From: an uncultured cyanobacterium
GTDB taxonomy: Bacteria > Cyanobacteriota > Cyanobacteriia > PCC-9006 > JAAUQQ01
NCBI GenBank assembly: GCA_963718615.1
Contig: OY970368.1
Span: 2,240,001 to 2,304,000 of the forward strand
Reading direction: 5' to 3'
DNA length: 64,000 bases
How positions within the stretch are numbered: the first letter of the stretch is position 1; each line of letters opens with the position of its first letter. The translations under genes and the position numbers were made by a program. The notes beneath the pieces are model-generated. The model worked only from the letters and a program-made list of their open reading frames with translations. It was not told where the DNA came from and ran no database searches. Shown here one piece after another: positions 1 to 7,557 of the stretch.

Positions 1-1
1 C

Positions 2-1192
2 GGGGCTTGTAAAGCGGAAAACAGTTTCCGCATCCTCAATACCAGCCCCCATACCTACCAAATTACCCCCAATTGGTTAACCCTACAAGCGGCCTTGCAA
101 ACCGCTGCTTTTCCTGCCGGGGTGTATATGGCGGAAGCAGAGGCCACGGGGCAGTTGTTCTCGTTGTTTATTCAAGATGAGGGCCAAATTGCAACGACGC
201 TGAGTTTGCCTCCAGCGACGGATCTGACCTTTTATCCCGCCTTCCATTTCTTCGCCTCCCAACGATTCCAGGTGCTCTTTTTCGATGGGCCGTTAAAAAT
301 CCTCAGGAGGGGCGATCGCCGTCTCTATCTCATCAACAAATCAGACCACGAATACAATTTGCATCCCATGTGGTCAGCGCTGCGCGCCGCGTTCAAAGCC
401 ATGCCCACGGGACTCTACGAGGATCCCCACCATCCTGAGATTCCCTTTCGGTCGCTGATGGTGGGCCGTGAGGGTTTGGAGAGTCGGGTCAAGGTTCCGG
501 CCCAATCGGCGATCGCCCTGGAATACCGATGCCCGTTATCCGAGGTCAACCGGGTGGCGATTTTACCCTTGGGCGATCGCTGTGCGGTTCGAATGTTGTT
601 GTATAAGCTAGAGTACGATGGACCGGCGTTTCCCTTTGACCTAACACGAACGACGAATTTAGCCGATGTGGCGGATCTCATCCAAAACGATTTCCGCGAC
701 ATGTGGAATCCTGCTTTTTTGAGTTACAACGCCGAGGAAAAACGCATTTATCACACCCAATGGACGGGATTGTCCTTTGCCCACGAAGTTGAAGACTACG
801 AGGATCCCGTGCAGGATATGTCACCGATCCACGAGCGCATGCAGGTCCGCTACAGTGCCCGTGCAAAACGCTTTAGCTATACCCTGGAACACTGTGACAA
901 GGTGTTGTTTGTGCGCACGGGGGGATGCGATCGCGCCACGGTCATCGACCTGGTCGAAAAACTCAAATCTAAATGCCAAGATAAACCCTTTCGGCTGCTG
1001 CTGATCTCGCCCCAAAACTCCGACGAATTCGCAGGTTTGCCCAACGTGCTCCACCAAAATTTGGCGTTCAACCCCGATCGCATGTACGAAGATCTCGGCT
1101 ATTGGCAGCACTGCACGGAACGCATGGGCGAGATTCTCAAGAATTTAGGCATCTCCAGCAAAAATCTCTTCTGGTGCCCCCCGAATCCCTAG
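2..1192 (+). CDS. DUF1796-family putative papain-like cysteine peptidase, 5'-truncated by the window edge
   Basis: The frame is open from position 2. The LGDRC...GPAFPFD and F.H motifs are typical of DUF1796 proteins. Confidence 0.65.
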   Translation, partial: GACKAENSFRILNTSPHTYQITPNWLTLQAALQTAAFPAGVYMAEAEATGQLFSLFIQDEGQIATTLSLPPATDLTFYPAFHFFASQRFQVLFFDGPLKILRRGDRRLYLINKSDHEYNLHPMWSALRAAFKAMPTGLYEDPHHPEIPFRSLMVGREGLESRVKVPAQSAIALEYRCPLSEVNRVAILPLGDRCAVRMLLYKLEYDGPAFPFDLTRTTNLADVADLIQNDFRDMWNPAFLSYNAEEKRIYHTQWTGLSFAHEVEDYEDPVQDMSPIHERMQVRYSARAKRFSYTLEHCDKVLFVRTGGCDRATVIDLVEKLKSKCQDKPFRLLLISPQNSDEFAGLPNVLHQNLAFNPDRMYEDLGYWQHCTERMGEILKNLGISSKNLFWCPPNP

Positions 1193-1425
1193 GCCGAGGC
1201 ATCCTAAGACAGAGATCGATGCGCTCCATTTGCCGATGCTGATCATTGCGACATTGAAATAATCGCGACCCTGAGATTTTGGGGCGATCGCTGCTTTCCG
1301 TTTGAGCTTTGGAGATTCAACGGAGGCGGACAGAGGCGATCGCTTACGTTTCTTGAATTGTTTCTGTATCGTTCTAAGTAATTCCCGTTTTGTCTCGGTC
1401 ATCAATATTCAGTCATCTATCGCCC

Positions 1426-2679
1426 ATGCATCCTCGCCACACCCTTCAGGATCAGTTCTCGACCTTTGCCTGGTTTGAGAATGATACCTTCCGCTCTTGG
1501 AAAGGGGAGCCTCGACTTCGTAAAAGCATGGCACAGGTGCTGGCAACAGTTCCCCAATATGCCGCTGCTACCCCGGAAAATGAGCGGTTTTGGGCCTTGT
1601 CCTGGCATCGCCAATGGCGCGATCGCGCCCATCCTTGGGCCGAACAACATCTGCTCGCCTATTTGCAAGAACCTTGCTACTGGGCAGCCCAGGAGGTCAG
1701 CCGCAAACGCTCTGGCCAGTTTGGAGCCCCCTCGACAAGCCCGGTTTCGGATTATTTTCAGATGGCGATCGCCGAAGCCAAACCCGCCCTCGATAAATTT
1801 CAAGCGGATCAATCCAGCAATCTCAAGGCCTTTGCCCAGGTTTTTCTCAGCTATCGCCTCAAGGCAGCCCTGCGCCGTAGACGCGAAGCCGACTTTTGCA
1901 CCCCCTGGGGGCTGCTGCGCAAAACCAGCAAAAAGCTTGTCCTCGAAGCCCTGCGACAAGCGGGACTGAAGCCCCCTGAGGTTGAGGAATATCGATTGCT
2001 GTGGATGGGATTTCAAGCCCTCTACATCCAGACCCAACCGAACAACACCGCCAAGCTGCCCGAGCCTGATTTAGCCCTTTGGGAGGCGATCGCCCAATTT
2101 TACAATCAAAAACGCACCGGTCAGCTCAGCCATGGAGCGCCTAGTCTCACTGCCGCTCAAGTCCAAGCCCGGTTGCAGCAGTTGGCCCAGTGGGCTCGGC
2201 AATATATTTATCCGACCGTTCAATCCCTCAATACCCCACAATTTGGTGATGACGATGCAGGGGAAGAACGGCTGAACAATCTCTCTCAGGCCGAACAGCG
2301 GTCCTTGATGGATGATTTGATTGAACAAGATCTTCAGGCCCAGCGCGATCGCCAATCCCACACCCTCCAACAACTATTGCTCGATGCCTTTCGTCAGCTA
2401 GATCGCCAAACCCAAACGGTCCTTTGTTTGCTCTACCATCACGGTCTTTCCCAGCAGGCGGTGCGGGATCAGCTTAAGATTAGCCAGCCCACGGTTTGTC
2501 GACGATTGAAGGCAGGCCGACAGGCGTTGATCCAGGCCATTTTAAACTGGATGGACGATCGCCTGAATAAAACCCCTGATCCTGAGCAATTAAACAGCAT
2601 CACCATCCATTTAGAAGTCTGGTTGAAGGTTTCCCTGCCCGAGCTAAACCTCTGCGAGCAATCGGAACCGCCCTCCTAG
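1426..2679 (+). CDS. Cyanobacterial sigma-70-family/HetZ-like sigma factor-type regulator
   Basis: The ORF track gives 1390..2679; the likely start is ATG 1426 (MHPRHTLQDQFSTF). It has a HLLAYLQEPCYWAA motif and a C-terminal sigma region-4 HTH (LSQQAVRDQLKISQPTVCRRL), and lies next to a DUF1822 gene. Confidence 0.75.
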   Translation: MHPRHTLQDQFSTFAWFENDTFRSWKGEPRLRKSMAQVLATVPQYAAATPENERFWALSWHRQWRDRAHPWAEQHLLAYLQEPCYWAAQEVSRKRSGQFGAPSTSPVSDYFQMAIAEAKPALDKFQADQSSNLKAFAQVFLSYRLKAALRRRREADFCTPWGLLRKTSKKLVLEALRQAGLKPPEVEEYRLLWMGFQALYIQTQPNNTAKLPEPDLALWEAIAQFYNQKRTGQLSHGAPSLTAAQVQARLQQLAQWARQYIYPTVQSLNTPQFGDDDAGEERLNNLSQAEQRSLMDDLIEQDLQAQRDRQSHTLQQLLLDAFRQLDRQTQTVLCLLYHHGLSQQAVRDQLKISQPTVCRRLKAGRQALIQAILNWMDDRLNKTPDPEQLNSITIHLEVWLKVSLPELNLCEQSEPPS

Positions 2680-2700
2680 CCCCTGTTTCCGACCCATTAC

Positions 2701-2744
2701 CTGTTCTTTCTTCCCTGTTCTTTCTTCCCTGTTCCCTGTTCCCT
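2701..2744. repeat. Short tandem repeat (CTGTTCTTTCTTCC x2, then CTGTTCC units), STRR-like
   Basis: Directly visible in the intergenic sequence. Confidence 0.75.
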
Positions 2745-2761
2745 ATTTGAAATTTTAGGCG

Positions 2762-3991
2762 TTGAGCACAATGTCAACTTTATTTCTGGATACCATTACA
2801 GATGCCTGGACCCTGCCACTGACAGAGACCGATCGCCAGCAGGCTTGGCAAGCCAGTCAGTCCCAGGGCAACCCTGAGCGGCGTTGGGTAACCTATCTCA
2901 ACCGCCTAACCCTGAATGCGTTTCAACAGGTTTGTCCTTCAGCCCTAAACCAGCCCTGTGCGCCTTGGCCCAGTCTGGCGGCGTTACCGGCCATTTGGGA
3001 ATTTACAACGGGGATGGCGATCGCCCTAGGTGAACATCGCCTGGTCCTGATTCCGACGGAAACTGTGGATGCTAGCGAGTTCAGCGTTCCGCAGGAATGG
3101 GTCGACATTCCCGATTGGGCTGCGGACTATTATGTTTCGGTGCAGCTCACGCCGAATGAATCAGAGTTGCGGATTTTGGGTTGTACCTCCCATCAGTGGC
3201 TCAAAACCTCAGCCGATTACGATGCCTTTGACCGCACCTATACCTGTGAGACAGAGGATCTCATGGCTTGGGAAAGTTTTGCCTTGACCTATGGCCGCTA
3301 TGCAGCGGCTCAAACCCGAGGGCCAGTGGCCGCCATCGCCCCGCTGGATGCAACCCAGGCTCAAAACCTGATCCAGCGCCTAGGCAATCCCCAAGAATTG
3401 CTGCCCCGTTTGGAAATTCCCTTTGCCCAGTGGGGGGCATTGTTGGCCAATCCGGTGTGGCGAGAACAATTGTTTGCGGTCCATCGGGGTCAATCGGCGG
3501 TAGATGTCCTTGCCCCGATTACGCAGCTCTCTCTCTGGCTGCAATCGCAATTTGACAGTCTCTGGCAACCCCTCGATAGCGTTCCCCGGTTACAGGCGAT
3601 TCCCACGCGCAGTCGTCGCGCCCCGGCCACTCAGATCGATGGCGAGGTGGCGGGAAATGGAGCAGAAAATGGGGCGATCGCCCCCATGGTGCATCGCGTT
3701 AAGCCCGTGACCTTCAACGAATCGGTCCGTCTTTGGTTGGTGCTGGGTGTTGCGCCGTTGCAGGATGGCGATCGCCGCATTTTCTTAAGCCTCGAACCCG
3801 CTGAGGCTGAACAAGCCCTGCCGGGATCTGTACAACTGCGTCTGCTGAGTGATGCGGAAGAGGAAATTGGACAGGCCAGCGCGGCAACGACGGAAGTGAT
3901 TGAAATGCAGTTTCGGGCGAGCCCTGGGGAGCAGTTTTTTGTGGAAATTAGCAGCGAAGCCACTCGGCTACTGGAGCATTTTGAGGTTTGA
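2762..3991 (+). CDS. DUF1822 family protein
   Basis: Contains RLVLIPTE...VPQEWVDIPDWAADYYVSVQ and ends in GEQFFVEI...EHFEV, both typical of DUF1822. Confidence 0.85.
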   Translation: MSTMSTLFLDTITDAWTLPLTETDRQQAWQASQSQGNPERRWVTYLNRLTLNAFQQVCPSALNQPCAPWPSLAALPAIWEFTTGMAIALGEHRLVLIPTETVDASEFSVPQEWVDIPDWAADYYVSVQLTPNESELRILGCTSHQWLKTSADYDAFDRTYTCETEDLMAWESFALTYGRYAAAQTRGPVAAIAPLDATQAQNLIQRLGNPQELLPRLEIPFAQWGALLANPVWREQLFAVHRGQSAVDVLAPITQLSLWLQSQFDSLWQPLDSVPRLQAIPTRSRRAPATQIDGEVAGNGAENGAIAPMVHRVKPVTFNESVRLWLVLGVAPLQDGDRRIFLSLEPAEAEQALPGSVQLRLLSDAEEEIGQASAATTEVIEMQFRASPGEQFFVEISSEATRLLEHFEV

Positions 3992-4315
3992 GAAACAAAT
4001 TATCCAAGGGCGAGATTGAGAAATTTTTCCCTAGCCGGGACTCCAGCTTGGCGAGGTCTTCGTTGCGGTTGAATTCTGATTGCGCCCTGTTCCCAGCTTC
4101 GACCTCCCGAATTCCGAGTCGGGGAGTCGTGGGCAGATCAGGAGTCACATCTGAGTTTAATGGAAGGGACTTTCACCCTCATCATTAGGACAGTTCAGCT
4201 CTTGAGAGTGCTTCATGTTTGGAAGCCAAGCTGGCAGAGTTATTTACGGGCTTGCACCGTTATTCATCTGCAACGAATCGCACTCCCTATCCCGATTAGG
4301 CGACAGTTGAGGCTT

Positions 4316-5029
4316 CTAATCCAGCGCCGTTCGCTTTGAAAACCAAGCGTGAATGAAAAGAGTTTGGAAAAACAACACCGGAGTATCGAATCCACCCGCT
4401 GCGATAATTGCTTCAATTTCCGGTGGGGTTAAAGCTGCGAGGTGAAGACTCCAGGCAGTGCGCATTCTTTCGATATCTTCTTCACCCCAGCCAGAGCCTC
4501 CGAGCATTCGCAGCCAAACTTCAATCAAACTTTGATGAATCGGAGCCGACAGACCGAGAACTAGATCTGAACTGATCAAAATTCCACCGGGGTAAAGGCG
4601 TTGTGCGATTTGATTGAAAAAGTGGCTCCGCTCTGCCGCTTCTTTCAAGAATTGAGAGACCAAAAGGCAAGTCGCCGCATCGAATGGATCAGAAGCGGGC
4701 AGCGAGTCGAGATAGCCTTCGTGGAACGTGCAACGTGAGGTAATTCCATTTTCTTCGGCTTTTTGACGGCAGATATCCAGCATTGCAGACGCAGGCTCAA
4801 CCGCTGTGAAGTGACATTGCGGAAAGACTTGTGCCAGAGCGATCATTTCCGTTCCGGTACCGACACCGACACACAGAATTCGCGCCTCAGCCGGAAGCTC
4901 GGCGAAAATCAGGCGTGTTAACGAAAAGAGTGCTTCGCGTGAAGATGCCCAACCAGCGGTTTTCTCGTCGTAGGAAGCCGCAGCTTTTTGGTTGTCAAAT
5001 GGCATCATGGCTGACTGTTGGTTCTGCAT
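4316..5029 (-). CDS. Class I SAM-dependent methyltransferase (probable gene cassette)
   Basis: SAM motif ILCVGVGTG, plus AVEPASAML and FDAATCLLVSQF. Confidence 0.85.
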   Translation of the reverse strand: MQNQQSAMMPFDNQKAAASYDEKTAGWASSREALFSLTRLIFAELPAEARILCVGVGTGTEMIALAQVFPQCHFTAVEPASAMLDICRQKAEENGITSRCTFHEGYLDSLPASDPFDAATCLLVSQFLKEAAERSHFFNQIAQRLYPGGILISSDLVLGLSAPIHQSLIEVWLRMLGGSGWGEEDIERMRTAWSLHLAALTPPEIEAIIAAGGFDTPVLFFQTLFIHAWFSKRTALD

Positions 5030-5224
5030 GATGGAAATAAAAGATGCTCCAACTAAATTTTACAAATCACTTTCGTTCATTCACACGCATATCTCCTCAA
5101 CAAACTCAAACTCCTGTGAAGCCTAACGTTGCCCATCACCCGCCGTAGATAACCTTTGCAATAACTCATTAACTTTTAGCGGTCGGTGTGCATGGGCGTT
5201 ATGGGGGGACGGGGGAGAAGAAAC

Positions 5225-5490
5225 AGGAAGAGACGACTATGCATTGGACGACACAGAGGATGTCTACTAACATACCGAATCGCTCATCCCTCTCCCATTC
5301 GCGAATTTGACAGAACCGCATAAAGTCAAGAAAGGAGAGAATCTGCCAGCTAGTCGGGACGACTATGCAGCGCCAGTCAGAAGATGACTACTAACATATC
5401 GAATCGCCCGTCCAGCCAATCCAATCGCGTACCGACGAATCCTCAGGGAGTAGGGAAAGACTCTTTCCATAATCTCTTCGCTTTGCGAGC
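5225..5490 (+). ncRNA. Predicted bridge/seek RNA of the IS110 element (two target-binding loops and one donor-binding loop)
   Basis: Three units of stem, guide, hairpin, guide, stem. Target guides TGCATTGG/CTAACATA and TGCAGCGC/CTAACATA resemble the attC target. CCTCAGGG (5441-5448) and CCATAA (5467-5472) match the circle junction. Boundaries are approximate. Confidence 0.75.
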
Positions 5491-5534
5491 GGGGGCAGAC
5501 TCTCCATCCAACAAAACACCCTCAATCTAGCACA

Positions 5535-6800
5535 ATGAAACTCAACCTCAGCACAACCGTTTATGCTGCCTATATCGGCATTGATTGGGCAGACCGCAAA
5601 CACGATATTGCTCTCTATGACTGCCAGAACGAGACCTGGGAGCAATCCACCATTCAGGCCACTCCTCAGGCGATCGCGGATTGGGTCAACCAATTACGAA
5701 AACTCTATGGAGAGCGCAAGCTTTTGGTGGGATTGGAGCAGAAACGTGGACCTTTGCTCTATGCCCTGTGCCAATATGAGAATCTGGTACTAGTGCCCAT
5801 CAATCCCAGAACTGTGGCGAACTATCGAAAAGCGTTTCAGCCCTCTCGGGCCAAATCAGACCCGATTGATGCCAAGCTGATTATCGAATTGATGCAAAAG
5901 CATGGGGAGAAGCTCGATATTTGGACAGCGGGTTGCCCGAAGCATCGTGCGTTGAGACAATGGGTTGAATCCCGTCGGATGTTAGTCGGGGAGAAGGTGC
6001 GGCTCACCAATCGCATTACTGCTGCGCTCAAATCCTACTTTCCCCAAGTGCTCGATTGGTTTGAAGACAAAGACACGACGGCGTTTTGTGAGTTTCTCGA
6101 ACGATTTCCCAATCTACAGGCTGCTCAAGCGGCCACAGCTCATGAATTGAGACAGTTCTTTCGTCATCATCACATCATTCGTAAGGCAACCATTCAACGA
6201 CGCACTCAGCAAATTCAAGACGCGGGTCCAGCCTTGACAAAAGATGATGCGATCATCGTCCCCGCCCAAGCTTTGATGTTGGGTTTAGTGGCTTTATTGA
6301 AAGTTGTTTTGTGTCAGTTGATTATCTTTGAACAGCAAATCGAATCGTTGTTTGAATCTCTACCGGATGCAACTCTCTTTCGGGCATTACCCGGAGCAGG
6401 TCCACATTTGGCACCTCGATTACTGGCAGCGTTTGGGGAAGACCGTACTCGCTTTGACTGTGCTCAGGCTTTTCTGAGTTACATCGGCATTGCACCGGTT
6501 AAGGAAGAAAGTGGCAAGAAACGTTGGGTCCATTGGCGTTGGTCTTGTCCTATCTTTCTGAGGCAAACTTTTGTCGAGTGGGTCACCCATGCTCGGTCTC
6601 GCTCGCTCTGGTCACAGGCATTTTATCAACAGCAACGACTAGCGGGTAAATCTCATCAAAAGGCTATTCGTGCTTTGGCTTATAAATGGGGACGAATTCT
6701 TTGGCGGTGTTGGCAGGATAGGACTCCTTATGATGAGGAAAAGTATCTCGCTGCTCTCCGGTGCAAAAACTCTCCTTTGGTCGCTCTTTTACCGGCTTAG
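5535..6800 (+). CDS. IS110 family transposase/recombinase
   Basis: DEDD RuvC-like N-terminus (YIGIDWA, GLEQ, KSDPIDA) and C-terminal LPGAG...GIAPVKEESG serine motif. Confidence 0.95.
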   Translation: MKLNLSTTVYAAYIGIDWADRKHDIALYDCQNETWEQSTIQATPQAIADWVNQLRKLYGERKLLVGLEQKRGPLLYALCQYENLVLVPINPRTVANYRKAFQPSRAKSDPIDAKLIIELMQKHGEKLDIWTAGCPKHRALRQWVESRRMLVGEKVRLTNRITAALKSYFPQVLDWFEDKDTTAFCEFLERFPNLQAAQAATAHELRQFFRHHHIIRKATIQRRTQQIQDAGPALTKDDAIIVPAQALMLGLVALLKVVLCQLIIFEQQIESLFESLPDATLFRALPGAGPHLAPRLLAAFGEDRTRFDCAQAFLSYIGIAPVKEESGKKRWVHWRWSCPIFLRQTFVEWVTHARSRSLWSQAFYQQQRLAGKSHQKAIRALAYKWGRILWRCWQDRTPYDEEKYLAALRCKNSPLVALLPA

Positions 6801-7066
6801 GTCTCTGTCTTTTTGCTCGATTGAACTGCTTTAGGTTTTGAACCAATCGAATACGAAAAATACGAAGATGGCTCTGATAGCTCAGTTCGGCTGAGACTCA
6901 AAACTGACTATCAGGTGGTTTGTGCTGGCTTCAATTCGCTCGGATATTACATCAGAGTTATTTTGTATCTTCTCTATTGACCCCGTCCGCCTCAGGGCCT
7001 ATGTTATGCTGCGTTGCCATCTTTAGCTTTCGTTCTCAATCACTAATGCCTCAAGTGCTGAAACTG

Positions 7067-7306
7067 TCAACTTTCCTCATAAGCCTGTAAGAATTCATCC
7101 CGTGATATACCTGACTGAGTACAAATTGTTCTCAGTGTAGATCCCTTGATCTGTTTGTGGTTAGGTAGGGTTAAAGGTGTTGTCGTACCATCTTCATTTT
7201 CTCGAACCATTGAAATGTGCTCCCGCTCTCTAACGACTTGAAATCCTAAAATTCCGAGTGCTCGAATGACTTTTGCTTTGGGCAAATCAACCGGAAACTT
7301 TGGCAT
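7067..7306 (-). CDS. hicA: HicA family toxin
   Basis: 79 aa; LGFQVVREREHISM...TLPNHKQIKGSTLRTI pattern. Confidence 0.85.
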   Translation of the reverse strand: MPKFPVDLPKAKVIRALGILGFQVVREREHISMVRENEDGTTTPLTLPNHKQIKGSTLRTICTQSGISRDEFLQAYEES

Positions 7307-7537
7307 TTAAAGACTTGCCTCCGCAACAAATGCTTCTAGCACAGGCGATTCTGGTTCAAGTACTTCTACCCCAAAAGTTTCAACATGAAATCGAATGGCT
7401 GATCTGACATCTGCTAAAGCTTCTTCATAGGTATCACCTTCGCCAACAACAACACCTTGAATTCCTAATGGATAGGCGATATACCCATCTGAGTGTCGTT
7501 CAACAATAATCTTGATGTTCTTCATTTTTATCTCCAA
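7307..7537 (-). CDS. hicB: HicB family antitoxin (short form; start may be 7525)
   Basis: IIVERHSDGYIAYP...GEGDTYEEALADV pattern; abuts hicA. Confidence 0.85.
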   Translation of the reverse strand: MEIKMKNIKIIVERHSDGYIAYPLGIQGVVVGEGDTYEEALADVRSAIRFHVETFGVEVLEPESPVLEAFVAEASL

Positions 7538-7557
7538 ATCAATAAAAGAAGGGTTTC

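Larger units (their letters stand above)
5198..6994 (+). mobile_element. IS110-family (IS1111-type, attC-targeting) insertion sequence
   Basis: Sub-terminal inverted repeats GGGGGACGGGG (5204-5214) and CCCCGTCCGCC (6981-6991) match 10/11. They lie 6-7 nt and 3 nt inside a repeated GGGC core (5194-5197 and 6995-6998). The element encodes an IS110 transposase. Confidence 0.85.
5121..7012 (-). other. Integron attC-type recombination site, split by an IS insertion (arms at 5121-5197 and 6995-7012)
   Basis: Removing the IS gives, on the minus strand, GCATAAC-ATAGGCCCATGCACACCGACCG...CGGCGGGTGATGGGCAAC-GTTAGGC. This is an imperfect palindrome with R''/R'-like ends and extra bases on the R'' arm. 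Confidence 0.75.

Noticed and set aside
3948-4290. Short ORFs (3948..4148, 3988..4188) and a possible intact second attC
   Set aside because: No recognisable protein motifs, and only a degenerate R''-like box with no matching palindrome arm.
5232-5410. Two ~50-bp direct repeats upstream of the transposase as a mini-CRISPR or terminal repeats
   Set aside because: They lie inside the IS ends and their variable parts match target DNA, which fits bridge-RNA loops.
5198-7008. GTTATG as a target-site duplication of the IS
   Set aside because: IS110 elements do not make classical TSDs. The GGG(C) core gives the IS1111-type IR offsets, matches the donor guide and restores a better attC.
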